A stretch of 51,602 nt of DNA, from positions 1 through 51,602 of the forward strand of contig JBIOKB010000001.1 of the NCBI GenBank assembly GCA_044451405.1, given 5' to 3'. This stretch comes from Candidatus Babeliales bacterium (GTDB lineage Bacteria > Babelota > Babeliae > Babelales > Vermiphilaceae). Of this stretch, positions 28,175-39,375 are shown piece by piece (positions within the stretch are counted from its first letter, which is position 1; every line of letters starts with the position of its first letter). A model generated the notes under the pieces. It had not been told where the DNA came from and ran no database searches. It worked only from the letters and a program-made list of their open reading frames with translations. The position numbers were made by a program, and so were the translations under genes.

Positions 28175-31100
28175 TCACTGCCATTTCCCTTCACGCATTT
28201 GTTCTTGGTGCGCTTGATGTTCTGTATCTGATACATCATGGCCAAGATATTTTTGTCTAAATGAGTTAATGCCAGTACCAGCAGGGATTAATTTACCAAC
28301 AATAACGTTTTCTTTCAAACCGTACAGATGATCAACCTGACCAAAAATAGCTGCTTCAGCTAAAATTCTTGTTGTTTCTTGGAATGATGCTGCTGAAATA
28401 AAGCTTTCAGTTCCTAATGATGATTGGGTAATACCCATAAGCATTGGACGTGCTGTTGCTGCTTTTTTACCTTCAGCTTTAAGCAATGCATTTACAGTCT
28501 TAAAGTGAATACGATCAACACGGTCACCAATTAAGAAATCAGTATCACCTGGATCAATAATACGCACTTTGCGCAGCATTTGACGTACAATCAATTCAAT
28601 ATGCTTATCGCTAATATCAATACCCTGCAAGCGATAAATTTCTTGAATTTGATCCACTAAATATTTCTGAACTGTTTCAGGCCCTAAAATACGCAAGATA
28701 TCATAGAGCAGAGGAGAACCTGATGTAAGCTGATCACCGGCAGATACTTTATCACCATTCATCACATTTAATTGCTTACCTCGTGGTACAAAGTAATCAA
28801 ATGACTCAGCACCTGACACTACGGAAATCTTACGAAGTCCGCGATGCAATCCACCAAACACTACTTCACCATCAATATCAGCAATAATAGCAGGATCTTT
28901 TGGTGTACGCGCTTCAAAGAGTTCCGCAATACGCGGTAAACCACCGGTAATATCTTTGGTCTTTGAAATTTCACGTGGCATTTTTACTAAAATATCACCA
29001 ACTTGTACTGCCTCATTATTGCGTATGTTTAAATATGATTGGGCAGGTAAGAAGTAACTTATTTCTTCTTCACCTTTTGGCGTATTAATAGTTAATGCTG
29101 GCTGATATTTCTCACTCTTATGTTCTAATATAATAAAGCTTGATTTACCGGCTGTTTCACGTTCTTGTACCGTTACATTTTCAATAATATCAACATAGTT
29201 AACGATACCTGCTTTTTCAGTCAAAATAACCTTGTTGTTTGGATCCCATTCAGCAAGTTTAGTGCCAACAGTAACTTCTTGCTTATCATGGACATGGATA
29301 ACTGATCCATACTCAATATCAAGTTTTTGTAGTTCACGACCATCTGGGGCAACAATAGCCAACCGCCCTTTACGGCTTAAAGTTACCAGTTGTCCATGAC
29401 GATTAGTCACCGTACGCAAGCCACGCCATTCAATAACACCTGCTTGTTTTGCAACAAAGTATGGCTGTTCTGCTAAACCACTTGCAGTTCCTCCGATATG
29501 GAAGGTTTTCATGGTAAGCTGTGTACCCGGTTCACCAATTGACTGTGCTGCAATAACACCAACCGTGGTTCCCATATCAACCATTTCACCTTTTGAAAGG
29601 TCATAGCCATAGCACATAGCACACACACCACGTTTTGCTTGGCAGGTAAGTACTGAACGCACGTACACGTTCATTACTGCAGAATCTGCTAACTTAGCAA
29701 CCCCTTCACGGGTTAACACGGTCCCTTGTTTACAGAGCAGTTCGCCTGTTACTGGATCTTTTACATCAGCTGCTAACACACGCCCGTTAATACGGTTTGC
29801 CAATGGATAAATAATATCACCCGATTCTTTTAAATCTTCAATTTCGATATAGCCCAACGTTTGACAATCCTGCATAGTAACTACAACATCTTGCGCAACG
29901 TCTACTAATCTACGGGTTAAATACCCAGAGTTTGCTGTTTTAAGTGCAGTATCGGCTTGTCCCTTACGAGCACCGTGGGTAGAAATAAAGTATTCAAATA
30001 CGCTCAAGCCATCTTTAAAGTTACTTTTTACCGGTGTTTCAATAATTTCAAGGTTTGGTTTAGCCATGAGACCTCTCATACCAACCAACTGTTTTACTTG
30101 ATCTTTAGAACCACGAGCTCCCGAATCAAGCATCATAAAGATAGGGTTAAATGGTACCTGGTCTTTATTTTTATTCTGATATGCTTCTTGATCTCGTACT
30201 TGTAAGTCAGCTGTCATATCAGCTGCAACATCTGCTGTAGCACCTTGCCAAATACTAATAACTTTATTTTGTCGTTCACCGTTGGTAATAATCCCATCTA
30301 TATAAAGATCTTCAACGTTCTGAACTGCGTGTTCAGCTTTTTTGATAATCTCATCTTTTTGCACAGGAACTACCAAATCCTTAATAGAGAACGAAATACC
30401 ACCAATAGTTGCATGATAAAAACCAAGTTTCTTGATTTTATCAAGACATGCAACCGTAGCTGCATTACCAAAATGATAGTAAATACGCTCTACTATTTTA
30501 GTAATATCTGACTTTTTAATTACTTTGTTAGTTAATTGGAAATCAGCGCCTTCAGGTAATGCTTCATACAATAACGTACGTCCTACCGTTGTTGGCACAA
30601 TTGACCCATCAGGCAGACGCACATTAATTTGTGCATGTAATGAAACTTCACCGCACTGATAGGCACTGGTTACTTCATCACGACTTGAGAATGTAGTACC
30701 TTCACCCTTTTCATTCAAACGGGCCTTGGTCATAAAGTGAAGACCAAGAATCATATCTTGTGATGGCGCGGTTATTGGACGACCATTAGATGGAGACAAG
30801 ATATTGTTGACTGATAACATTAACGTGCTTGCTTCTTTTTGCGCACGTTTGTTAAGCGGAAGATGTACTGCCATCTGGTCACCGTCAAAGTCAGCGTTAA
30901 ATGCTGAACATACAAGCGGGTGAATTTTAATAGCTTTGCCATCAACAAGAATTGGATAAAACGCTTGAATACCTAATCTATGTAACGTTGGTGCACGGTT
31001 TAAGAGTACGGGGCGATTTTTAACCACATCTTCTAATACGTCCCACACTTCAGATACCTGTTCTTCTACCATACGTTTAGCCACCCGTAAATTCGGTGCT

Positions 31101-32278
31101 AATTCTCTGGTTAAAAGACCGGCATACACGTAGGATTTGAATAATTCTAATGCCATGATTTTTGGTATACCGCATTGATCCATACGCAATTCAGGATCGA
31201 CAACGATAACTGAACGGCCTGAATAGTCTACACGACGACCAAGTAAGTTTTGACGGAATCGTCCTTGTTTACCACGAAGCATCTCACTTAATGATTTAAG
31301 TGCGCGACGATTAGAACCACGTACCGGTTGACCACGACGACCATTATCAATTAATGCGTCAACTGATTCTTGCAACATCCGTTTTTCATTTTTAATAATC
31401 ACGGATGGCGCTTCAATTTCTAATAAACGTTGCAAACGAATATTACGATTAAGAACACGACGATACAATTCATTTAAATCTGAGCTTGCAAAACGACCAC
31501 CTTCAAGCGGTACTAAGGGACGTAAATCGGGTGGCAATACCGGCAATACACCTAAAATCATGGATGATGCATGCATATCACCTTGCAATAAGCCGGTGAA
31601 TGCCTTAACACGACGCATAATTTTATGGCGCACCGCAACAGACGATGTTTTTTGATATTCGTTATGTAATTGTGCTATTTCCAGTTTTAAATCAAGCAAT
31701 AATAACACAGAACGTACCGCTTCAGCTCCTGTTTGCGCAACAAAATCCATATCATCTGGATGTGTATCAAGATATGCATCATATTCAGCATTACTTAATA
31801 ATGTTTTACGTGGATAAGGAGAATGACCTTGATGTACTACCATGTAGGCATCAAAATAGATAACCCGTTCTAAATCTTTAACGGGCATATCCATAATAAG
31901 GCCCAAATAGCTTGGAATACCTTTTAAATACCAGATATGACATACTGGAGCTACTAACTCGATATGCCCCATACGCTCGCGACGTACGCGTGACTGAATA
32001 ACTTCAACGCCACACTTTTCACAGGTAACACCACGGTGTTTCATACGCTTGTATTTACCGCAGTTACATTCCCAGTCCTTTACCGGACCGAAAATACGGG
32101 CACAAAACAAGCCATCCCGTTCTGGTTTTAACGTACGATAGTTAATAGTTTCTATCTTCTTAACTTCCCCGTACGATAATGATCGTATCTTTTCAGGAGA
32201 AGCAAGGCCTATTTTAATTGCATTAAATTGCGTTACGTTTACGTATTCACGAAAACGATCCAATATTCGATTACTCAT
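28175..32278 (-). CDS. rpoC: DNA-directed RNA polymerase subunit beta'
   Basis: Zinc-binding [20 protein letters not shown], catalytic [12 protein letters not shown], and a trigger loop with an SI3-like insert between TFHIGG and [16 protein letters not shown]. Start set at ATG 32278 (MSNR...), preceded by AAGGAG. The ORF-track start at 32296 is a GTG. Confidence 0.97.
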   Translation of the reverse strand: MSNRILDRFREYVNVTQFNAIKIGLASPEKIRSLSYGEVKKIETINYRTLKPERDGLFCARIFGPVKDWECNCGKYKRMKHRGVTCEKCGVEVIQSRVRRERMGHIELVAPVCHIWYLKGIPSYLGLIMDMPVKDLERVIYFDAYMVVHQGHSPYPRKTLLSNAEYDAYLDTHPDDMDFVAQTGAEAVRSVLLLLDLKLEIAQLHNEYQKTSSVAVRHKIMRRVKAFTGLLQGDMHASSMILGVLPVLPPDLRPLVPLEGGRFASSDLNELYRRVLNRNIRLQRLLEIEAPSVIIKNEKRMLQESVDALIDNGRRGQPVRGSNRRALKSLSEMLRGKQGRFRQNLLGRRVDYSGRSVIVVDPELRMDQCGIPKIMALELFKSYVYAGLLTRELAPNLRVAKRMVEEQVSEVWDVLEDVVKNRPVLLNRAPTLHRLGIQAFYPILVDGKAIKIHPLVCSAFNADFDGDQMAVHLPLNKRAQKEASTLMLSVNNILSPSNGRPITAPSQDMILGLHFMTKARLNEKGEGTTFSSRDEVTSAYQCGEVSLHAQINVRLPDGSIVPTTVGRTLLYEALPEGADFQLTNKVIKKSDITKIVERIYYHFGNAATVACLDKIKKLGFYHATIGGISFSIKDLVVPVQKDEIIKKAEHAVQNVEDLYIDGIITNGERQNKVISIWQGATADVAADMTADLQVRDQEAYQNKNKDQVPFNPIFMMLDSGARGSKDQVKQLVGMRGLMAKPNLEIIETPVKSNFKDGLSVFEYFISTHGARKGQADTALKTANSGYLTRRLVDVAQDVVVTMQDCQTLGYIEIEDLKESGDIIYPLANRINGRVLAADVKDPVTGELLCKQGTVLTREGVAKLADSAVMNVYVRSVLTCQAKRGVCAMCYGYDLSKGEMVDMGTTVGVIAAQSIGEPGTQLTMKTFHIGGTASGLAEQPYFVAKQAGVIEWRGLRTVTNRHGQLVTLSRKGRLAIVAPDGRELQKLDIEYGSVIHVHDKQEVTVGTKLAEWDPNNKVILTEKAGIVNYVDIIENVTVQERETAGKSSFIILEHKSEKYQPALTINTPKGEEEISYFLPAQSYLNIRNNEAVQVGDILVKMPREISKTKDITGGLPRIAELFEARTPKDPAIIADIDGEVVFGGLHRGLRKISVVSGAESFDYFVPRGKQLNVMNGDKVSAGDQLTSGSPLLYDILRILGPETVQKYLVDQIQEIYRLQGIDISDKHIELIVRQMLRKVRIIDPGDTDFLIGDRVDRIHFKTVNALLKAEGKKAATARPMLMGITQSSLGTESFISAASFQETTRILAEAAIFGQVDHLYGLKENVIVGKLIPAGTGINSFRQKYLGHDVSDTEHQAHQEQMREGKWQ

Positions 32279-35200
32279 CGGCCTTCTCCTTGCCACTCTT
32301 GAACAAGTCCACTCGTAAAGCTAAACTTTGCAGTTCTTTAATTAACACGTTAAATGATTCTGGCACTCCTGGTTCTGGAATATCCTCACCACGCACAATG
32401 GCTTCATATACTTTGTGTCGACCACTCACATCATCTGATTTATAGGTCAACATTTCTTGTAAGGTATATGCAGCACCATACGCTTCAAGAGCCCACACTT
32501 CCATTTCACCCAATCGCTGACCACCCATTTGTGCTTTACCACCCAATGGTTGTTGCGTAACTAATGAGTAGGGCCCGATGGATCGAGCATGTAACTTATC
32601 ATCAACCATATGATTTAATTTCATCATATAAATAGAACCAACAGTAACTGGCTGTTCAAAATAGTCACTGGTACGACCATCACGTAAGCTGAAAGATCCT
32701 GAAGTTGGCAAATTAAATTCTTGCAATAACGGTTTAATATCGCGGTCAAAATCAGCGCCATCAAATACCGCCGTTTTAAAGCGGACACCTGATTGCATCG
32801 TAGCTCGTGCAAGATCCATAACGCCATCTTGATCGTATGATTTTTCAAAGGAATCAATAACATCAGCGCCATAATAATGGGCAAGATCTTTACGAATTTC
32901 TTTATAGCCTTGTGTTTGCAATGCTTCTTGCAAGCGTTCACCCATTTGGCGTCCAACAAGACCAAGCGCTGTTTCTAAAATTTGACCCACGTTCATACGT
33001 GAAGGAACACCAAGTGGATTTAACACCACATCAACAGGTGTACCATCTTCTAAATATGGCATGTCTTCACGTGGAACTATAGTAGATACGACACCTTTGT
33101 TACCATGGCGACCAGCAATTTTATCACCAATAGAGATGGTACGTTTCATAGCGATGTATACCTTAACCATCTTAATAACGCCTGATGGTAACATATCACC
33201 CTTTTTCAGACGATTAATACGCTCTTCTTTAAGACCGGCAAGAACACGCGTCTGATTTTCATACGCATCTTTAATAGCTTTAAGGCGTTCATTTACTTTT
33301 TTATCACCGCTCTTGAGTTCAAGTAATGTTGCAATCGGCTGTTCTTTGAGTAATTTTTTATCAAAGACACCTTTGGTGATCAATCCTTTACCTGCAGTTC
33401 CTGAAGGTTTTTGGCCATGAAGCTCGTCTGCAATTTTTTCACCAACCATTTCCCCTAAGAAATTGGTATGATCGGTAAAATCATTTTCAATACGAGCAAC
33501 TTGTTTGTTTACTTCATCTTTGTATCGTTTATCTTTTCTGACACCACTGCGTGAGAAAATTTTCACATCAACAACGGTACCTGATACCCCTGGTGGTACA
33601 CGCAATGATGTATCACGCACTTCACGAGACTTTTCACCAAAAATAGCGCGGAGCAATTTTTCTTCTGGTGAATATTGGATATCTCCTTTAAGAGTAACTT
33701 TACCCACCAAGATATCCCCTGGTTGTACCCGAGTACCGATACGTACAATACCATCTTCATCAAGTCCAGCAAGCACTGATTCGCTTACATTTGGAATATC
33801 GCGGGTAATTTCTTCAGGCCCCAATTTGGTATCGCGAGAATCTACAATATATTCATCAATATGAACCGATGTTAATGCATCATCAGCCACTAGACGATTA
33901 TTAAGTACAATTGCGTCTTCAAAGTTGTAGCCATGCCATGGCATAAATGCGACAAGAAGATTTGAGCCTAATGCCAATTCACCATTCTCAATAGATGAAC
34001 CGTTGGTTAAAATATCCCCTACCTTAACCACATCCCCTCTTTGAACTATAGGAGTATGATGAATCCAGGTACTATAACTTGATCGCTCAAACTTGCGCAG
34101 ATAATAGGTATCTATACCTTGCGCAAACCAATCATCCATAGTCTTAAAGACATCTTCATGTGCACGTATAATGATTTTTTCTGATGAAACATATTCAATA
34201 ATACCATCACGTTTTGCTGTAATCACCGCACCTGAAGCACGTGCAATATCACGCTCCATACCAGTGCCTACAAGCGGTGCTTGCATACGTATTAACGGTA
34301 CTGCTTGACGTTGCATATTTGCACCCATAAGCGCACGGCTGGCGTCATCATGTTCTAAGAAAGGAATAAGGGCTGATGATACCGATACCAATTGTTTTGG
34401 TGATAAATCGATATAATCAATCTTATCTGCATCAACGTATAAGAAGTTCCCTTCATGACGGGCAAATATCTTACCGCCTTCTAACTTGTTAGATTCTTGA
34501 GCAGAATCTGCCTGCGCAATATAGTTGCTTCCTTCTTGGAAAGCATCTAAAAATACGACATCGTCTTTAATTTTAGTATTAGATACAGGACGATATGCCG
34601 TTTCAATAAATCCTAAATCATTAACCATCGCATAGGTTGCTAATGATGAAATAAGACCGATTGTTTGACCTTCAGGTGTTTCAATAGGGCAAATACGACC
34701 ATAGTGGGAAGTATGCACGTCACGAATTTCATACGTAGCGCGATCTTTTAATACACCACCAGGCCCGAGGGCTGAAAGACGCCGTTTATGGGCAATTTCT
34801 GCTAACGGATTTGTCTGATCCATGAATTGCGATAATTGACCCATACCAAAGAATTCACGCAACACCGCACTTAATGGTTTAACGTTTAAGAAGTCTTGCG
34901 GCATTAATGCACTGTGCATTTCTTGCATTCTAAAACGTTCACGAATAATACGTTCAATACGCAAGAAGCCAAGATACACTTGATTGCTTAATAACTCACC
35001 AACTAAACGAACGCGGCGATTACCCAAATGATCAATATCATCCAGTTCACCTTCTCCTCGTTCGCGAAGATCAACTAAATAACGGATAGTTTCTATAATA
35101 TCTTCTTTAGTTAATATGGTAATAGTTTCTGGAATAGTTAAGCGTAATTTCTTATTCATACGAATACGACCAACTTTAGTAAGATCGTAAAAACGTTGAT

Positions 35201-36596
35201 TAAAGAATAAATTCTCAAAACGCTCTTTAATTTCTTTTAATGTTGAGCTATCACCAGGCCATAACTTAGCGTGCAACTCTTTTAATGCATCTTCCTCTGA
35301 GAAACAACGATCCTGCGTTAAGGTCATTGCAATGGTCGGTTGGAATACATATCCAGATGATTGAATAAGATCAAAACTAATTGTCTTATATTTTTTTAAT
35401 AGCTCAGCATGCTCTTCAGCAAATACTTGCCCTTGTTCTACAATAACTTCTCCTGTTTGAGGATCAATTACATCTTTACCAAAGACACGATTGAGCAAGC
35501 TTGTTATACGCAATGGAATTTTAGTGATACCTGCTTTATGGAGCTGGGCAATCATTTCATGCGTAATTCTTTTGCCTAAAAATATTTTTTCCTGCTTTTC
35601 AGGTAGCATTCCTTTTTCAAAACGTTGGCCAATTAAGCTATCATCAACATTTTTGAAAAAATCTCCTTGTTCAAAAATTATCGTATTAAAACTATAAAAA
35701 CGAGAGATAATTTCATCACGAGGAATACCAAGCGCTTGTAAGAAAGTAGTCACCAATATTTTTTTCTTCTTATCAATACGCACATAGAGATAGTCATTGC
35801 TATCAAATTCAAAATCGATCCAAGAACCTTGCGTTGGGATAATACGCGCAACGTAGTATGGACGACCTCTAAAATCTTTAATTTTTTTACTTTGAGAGAA
35901 TACAGCACCAGGAGAACGGTGTAATTGGCTTACAATAACACGGTCAACTCCGTTAATTAAAAAGGTGCCAAGATTACCCAACTCAAAGCGACCATTTTTT
36001 TCATATAAATCTGCCATCACCGGAACATCAGCAAAGAAGATATCTTGTTCTTTGATGTCATGGACCTGCTTTTTACCTGATGCTTCATCAGAAAGCCAGG
36101 TAATAAGTTGTACCTTAATTTTTAATGGCATTGAAAATGTTTGCCCACTTGAACGACACTCATCAAGCGTCATAGGCAATTTAACTGCAACACGCGCTAA
36201 GCAATTTGAACATACTTTATAACGCGCGGTACCCTTTTTGCAGTGCGGACAGTTTAAATGGTCATCAAGTCGAGAATTGCCTGATTTTTTGCACGAGGAA
36301 CAACTCCATTGATATCGGTTAGTAATGCCGGTCAACTTACCACAGGTACAAGCCCAATGTCCTAATTCATAGCTTACATATTCCAATGACAACTTATCGT
36401 TGTAATCAATAGGAAAAATATCTTTTAATACCTTTTCAAGGCCAATCATCTGGCGCTCTTCGGGCAAATAGTCCAATTGAACAAAATCATTAAATGATTT
36501 TGATTGAATCTCAATCAAATTAGGTACTGGGACAATGTCTTTAATCTTACCAAAAGATCGTCTGACATTACTCTTGCTCATATGCAAGTGTGACAT
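32271..36596 (-). CDS. rpoB: DNA-directed RNA polymerase subunit beta, with an N-terminal Cys-rich insertion
   Basis: 1441 aa, GAGGAG Shine-Dalgarno. Conserved blocks throughout (RVIVSQLHRSPG, DDIDHLGNRRVR, FMDQTNPLAEIAHKRRLSALGPGG, PFLEHDDASRALMGANMQRQAVP, GRHGNKGVVS, NPLGVPSRMNVGQ, QQPLGGKAQMGGQRLGEMEVWALEAYGAA). Extra residues 80 to about 141 contain 8 Cys. Confidence 0.97.
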   Translation of the reverse strand: MSHLHMSKSNVRRSFGKIKDIVPVPNLIEIQSKSFNDFVQLDYLPEERQMIGLEKVLKDIFPIDYNDKLSLEYVSYELGHWACTCGKLTGITNRYQWSCSSCKKSGNSRLDDHLNCPHCKKGTARYKVCSNCLARVAVKLPMTLDECRSSGQTFSMPLKIKVQLITWLSDEASGKKQVHDIKEQDIFFADVPVMADLYEKNGRFELGNLGTFLINGVDRVIVSQLHRSPGAVFSQSKKIKDFRGRPYYVARIIPTQGSWIDFEFDSNDYLYVRIDKKKKILVTTFLQALGIPRDEIISRFYSFNTIIFEQGDFFKNVDDSLIGQRFEKGMLPEKQEKIFLGKRITHEMIAQLHKAGITKIPLRITSLLNRVFGKDVIDPQTGEVIVEQGQVFAEEHAELLKKYKTISFDLIQSSGYVFQPTIAMTLTQDRCFSEEDALKELHAKLWPGDSSTLKEIKERFENLFFNQRFYDLTKVGRIRMNKKLRLTIPETITILTKEDIIETIRYLVDLRERGEGELDDIDHLGNRRVRLVGELLSNQVYLGFLRIERIIRERFRMQEMHSALMPQDFLNVKPLSAVLREFFGMGQLSQFMDQTNPLAEIAHKRRLSALGPGGVLKDRATYEIRDVHTSHYGRICPIETPEGQTIGLISSLATYAMVNDLGFIETAYRPVSNTKIKDDVVFLDAFQEGSNYIAQADSAQESNKLEGGKIFARHEGNFLYVDADKIDYIDLSPKQLVSVSSALIPFLEHDDASRALMGANMQRQAVPLIRMQAPLVGTGMERDIARASGAVITAKRDGIIEYVSSEKIIIRAHEDVFKTMDDWFAQGIDTYYLRKFERSSYSTWIHHTPIVQRGDVVKVGDILTNGSSIENGELALGSNLLVAFMPWHGYNFEDAIVLNNRLVADDALTSVHIDEYIVDSRDTKLGPEEITRDIPNVSESVLAGLDEDGIVRIGTRVQPGDILVGKVTLKGDIQYSPEEKLLRAIFGEKSREVRDTSLRVPPGVSGTVVDVKIFSRSGVRKDKRYKDEVNKQVARIENDFTDHTNFLGEMVGEKIADELHGQKPSGTAGKGLITKGVFDKKLLKEQPIATLLELKSGDKKVNERLKAIKDAYENQTRVLAGLKEERINRLKKGDMLPSGVIKMVKVYIAMKRTISIGDKIAGRHGNKGVVSTIVPREDMPYLEDGTPVDVVLNPLGVPSRMNVGQILETALGLVGRQMGERLQEALQTQGYKEIRKDLAHYYGADVIDSFEKSYDQDGVMDLARATMQSGVRFKTAVFDGADFDRDIKPLLQEFNLPTSGSFSLRDGRTSDYFEQPVTVGSIYMMKLNHMVDDKLHARSIGPYSLVTQQPLGGKAQMGGQRLGEMEVWALEAYGAAYTLQEMLTYKSDDVSGRHKVYEAIVRGEDIPEPGVPESFNVLIKELQSLALRVDLFKSGKEKADE

Positions 36597-36676
36597 TAAG
36601 TTGCTCCTCGTTCTTGCAAAAAAGTATTTCTACAGTTCAATATTCAGCCGCTTATAATGAAACGACAAAGAGCTTC

Positions 36677-37063
36677 TTATGAAAGGGTAACTTTAGCTCC
36701 AGCAGCTTCTAACGCTTCTTTCAACTTTTGGGCATCTGCTTTAGGCAATGTCCCAAGATCTGCTGGCAAGTTTTCAGTTGCTTTTTTAGCATCACCTAAG
36801 TTCATTGTAGGGATACTAGCGCGTAATGCTTTAATAGCTTTAATCGGTTCGCCAACTGATTGTAACGTTGCCTTGTATTCTGTTTTTTCTTCAGCAGCAG
36901 GTGCAGCCGCAGCAGAAGCAGTAGCAACTGGTGCGCCCATTGCAACTGGTGCAGCAGCTGATACGCCAAATTTACTTTCAAGAGCTTTTACAAAATCTGC
37001 AAGCTCTAATACGGTCATACCGCCAATTTCTTCGATCAATTTTTCAAAAGATTTAGATGCCAT
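36677..37063 (-). CDS. rplL: 50S ribosomal protein L7/L12
   Basis: Start set at ATG 37063 (MASKSFEKLIEEIGGMTVLELADFVKALESKFGV). Ala-rich hinge and C-terminal domain (KIKAIKALR...LGDAKK...EALEAAGAKVTL). Confidence 0.9.
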   Translation of the reverse strand: MASKSFEKLIEEIGGMTVLELADFVKALESKFGVSAAAPVAMGAPVATASAAAAPAAEEKTEYKATLQSVGEPIKAIKALRASIPTMNLGDAKKATENLPADLGTLPKADAQKLKEALEAAGAKVTLS

Positions 37064-37121
37064 GAGCATTCTCCACGCAATTAATAACAATAATATTCGT
37101 TACACTAACATTCTGGGTTAA

Positions 37122-37640
37122 TTACTTCTTTTTTTCTTCAAGTTGCTTAAGTGCTACCAACGGTCCCACTAATAACGCATTAAGCACATATACTAATCCT
37201 GTTGTTGGTGCTTTTAATGTGCCACATAGTTGCGCCAAGAGGACTTCTTTTGGTGGTAATGTTGCTACACGCTCAATAGACGCAGCATCGAGCATCATAG
37301 TATCAATACAACCACCAATTAATTTAAAGGAATCATGCTCCTTTGAAAAATCATGCAAAACTTTAGCAACTGCTGGCGCTTCTTTAACGGCAAAAACAAG
37401 ACCAATTTGACCTTTTAATGAAGGCTTTAAATGTTCTGGTCCTGCTACGTCATCAGCAGCACGTTTCATCAAACGTGCTTTAGCTACCTTCAGCTTTCCA
37501 CCTTGTTGACGCAATGCAGCGCGTAATTTTTGCATTTGGGCAACAGTAAGACCCTGAACACCCACCACAAAAGCACCCGCACTTCCTTCAAAGTCTGCGT
37601 GCAATGCTTGAATAATTTCTGCTTTATGTTGACGATTCAT
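37122..37640 (-). CDS. rplJ: 50S ribosomal protein L10
   Basis: 172 aa in the canonical position between rplA and rplL. L10-like N-terminus (KAEIIQALHADFEGSAGAFVVGVQGLTVAQMQKLRAALR). Confidence 0.9.
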   Translation of the reverse strand: MNRQHKAEIIQALHADFEGSAGAFVVGVQGLTVAQMQKLRAALRQQGGKLKVAKARLMKRAADDVAGPEHLKPSLKGQIGLVFAVKEAPAVAKVLHDFSKEHDSFKLIGGCIDTMMLDAASIERVATLPPKEVLLAQLCGTLKAPTTGLVYVLNALLVGPLVALKQLEEKKK

Positions 37641-37660
37641 TATGTATACCTTCTACCAAA

Positions 37661-38359
37661 TCAAGATCGTAACGTCTCATCAGGGTTAACCAACAAGCCA
37701 ACACCCATTGTAGAGGAAACCGTTATTTTCTTAAGGAACTTCCCTTTAGACGTTGCAGGCTTTGCGGCTACTAACGCCTTAACAAAGGTTGTGTAATTAT
37801 CATACAACTCACTCGGAGAGAAAGAGACCTTGCCAAAAGAAAAATGTACAATGCCGCTCTTATCATTTTTAAAGAACATACGACCTTTTTTAAGGTCTTG
37901 TACAACTGGCCCTACATCAAAGGTGACCGTACCTAATTTTTTGTTCGGCAATAATCCACGTGGACCAAGAATTTTAGCAAGTTTACCTACAAGACCCATA
38001 AGATCTGGTGTAGCTACAGCAAAATCAAAATCCATCCAGCCACCATTTATTTTTTCAACAAGATCCTCGGCACCTACAAAATCTGCCCCAGCTTTTTGCG
38101 CTTTTTCCGCATAATCACCTTTAGCAAATACGATAACCCGAGCCGCTTGTCCTTTAGTATGTGGTAATGTGACTGAACCACGGACAACCTGTTCACCTTT
38201 AGAAGGATCGATGCCCAAATTAATATTAATATCAACTGATTCATCGAATTTTGCATAGGCAAGTTCTTTAACTTTTGCTAATGCTTGTTCAATCGATACC
38301 AGCTGATTTTGCTCAACTTGTTCACGCGCCTTTAAATATTTTTTACCATGCTTAGACAT
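37661..38359 (-). CDS. rplA: 50S ribosomal protein L1
   Basis: 232 aa: KFDESVDININLGIDP, VRGSVTLPHTKG, IATPDLMGLVGKLAKILGPRGLLPN. Confidence 0.95.
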   Translation of the reverse strand: MSKHGKKYLKAREQVEQNQLVSIEQALAKVKELAYAKFDESVDININLGIDPSKGEQVVRGSVTLPHTKGQAARVIVFAKGDYAEKAQKAGADFVGAEDLVEKINGGWMDFDFAVATPDLMGLVGKLAKILGPRGLLPNKKLGTVTFDVGPVVQDLKKGRMFFKNDKSGIVHFSFGKVSFSPSELYDNYTTFVKALVAAKPATSKGKFLKKITVSSTMGVGLLVNPDETLRS

Positions 38360-38380
38360 ATTTCAAGCCCCTCAACACCG

Positions 38381-38806
38381 TCAATCAACTACTTCGACAC
38401 CCATGCTACGTGCACTGCCGGCGATGATTTTTTTAGCCTGTTCAATATCAACAGCATTTAAATCAGGCAGTTTTACTTTTGCTATTTCTTCTATATCTTT
38501 CCACGCAATTTTGCCTACTTTATCACTATTTGGCCTTGAAGACCCTTTAGTAATATTAATTTTTTTCTTGATCAATTCTGATGCAGGAGGCGTTTTAATC
38601 ACAAAACTGAACGTTTTATCAGTGTATACGGTAATAATAACTGGTACCGTTTCACCCTTTTTATTTGCAGTCTGCGCATTAAACTGCTTACAGAAATCCA
38701 TAATGTTTACTTGATGTTGACCAAGGTTATTACCAACTGGGGGAGCCGGCGTTGCCGCACCTCCGGGAATTTGAAGCTTAATTTGAGCTTTTATTGCCTT
38801 TGCCAT
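38381..38806 (-). CDS. rplK: 50S ribosomal protein L11
   Basis: 141 aa: [54 protein letters not shown]. Confidence 0.95.
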   Translation of the reverse strand: MAKAIKAQIKLQIPGGAATPAPPVGNNLGQHQVNIMDFCKQFNAQTANKKGETVPVIITVYTDKTFSFVIKTPPASELIKKKINITKGSSRPNSDKVGKIAWKDIEEIAKVKLPDLNAVDIEQAKKIIAGSARSMGVEVVD

Positions 38807-38824
38807 CGCAAAAACCTACCTTAC

Positions 38825-39355
38825 TTAGTGTTTGATTTGGTTAAAACTTAATTCAACAGGAGTCATTCGGCCAAAGATGCTAACCATAACCGTTAGCCGC
38901 TCATTCTCGTCCTCAATTTTTTCAACAATCCCAACAAACCCTGCAAATGGCCCCTCTTTAATCTCAACTTCGGTACCAATGGTGAATTCGCTCTTCTTTT
39001 CTGCTGAGACAGCCACTTCACCTCTCATTTGGGACAGGATGCGCTCAATCTCTTTGTTGGTCAATGGAATTGGCTCCTTATTGCCTCCAAGAAAACGAAG
39101 AACGCGTGGATTGGATGTGACCATTCGGACAACCCCAGGAACTACTTCCATTTCTATTAAGACGTACCCAGGAAACAACTGCTCATCTTGAGCTTCTTGC
39201 GCATCAAAAAAATGCTTAAGACGAGCCGATGGAACAAGAACCTCTCCAATATTTTCTTGAAACCCTTCTTCTTTAGCACGGCGCGCCAGGTCAGCTTTAA
39301 CACTTTCCTCGTACCCGGCATACACTTGAAGAACATACCAACGTTTCATTTGCAA
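38825..39355 (-). CDS. nusG: Transcription termination/antitermination factor NusG
   Basis: NGN domain (WYVLQVYAGYEESV...FPGYVLIEM) and KOW motif (EIKEGPFAGFVGIVEKI). Confidence 0.9.
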   Translation of the reverse strand: MQMKRWYVLQVYAGYEESVKADLARRAKEEGFQENIGEVLVPSARLKHFFDAQEAQDEQLFPGYVLIEMEVVPGVVRMVTSNPRVLRFLGGNKEPIPLTNKEIERILSQMRGEVAVSAEKKSEFTIGTEVEIKEGPFAGFVGIVEKIEDENERLTVMVSIFGRMTPVELSFNQIKH

Positions 39356-39375
39356 CTCTTAATTCTGATAGGCCA

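Noticed and set aside
32279-32296. Upstream start for rpoC at 32296
   Set aside because: The codon at that position is GTG, and the added MARRRP peptide is not conserved. The ATG at 32278 has an AAGGAG Shine-Dalgarno at proper spacing.
28175-36596. Numerous 60-120 aa ORFs inside or antisense to rpoB and rpoC (for example 29957-30205, 32624-32965, 33505-33864, 35965-36222)
   Set aside because: All are nested in two very strongly conserved long genes. They lack start-site signals and have low-complexity or odd composition. These are typical shadow ORFs. The same reasoning applies to nested ORFs in pnp, murA, yidC, pepP and others.
36657-37121. 154-aa plus-strand ORF rich in Ala/Gly/Ser
   Set aside because: It lies exactly antisense to rplL. 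Alanine-rich GCN codons of the L7/L12 hinge read as open frames on the opposite strand. It has no Shine-Dalgarno or family signal, so it is treated as spurious.
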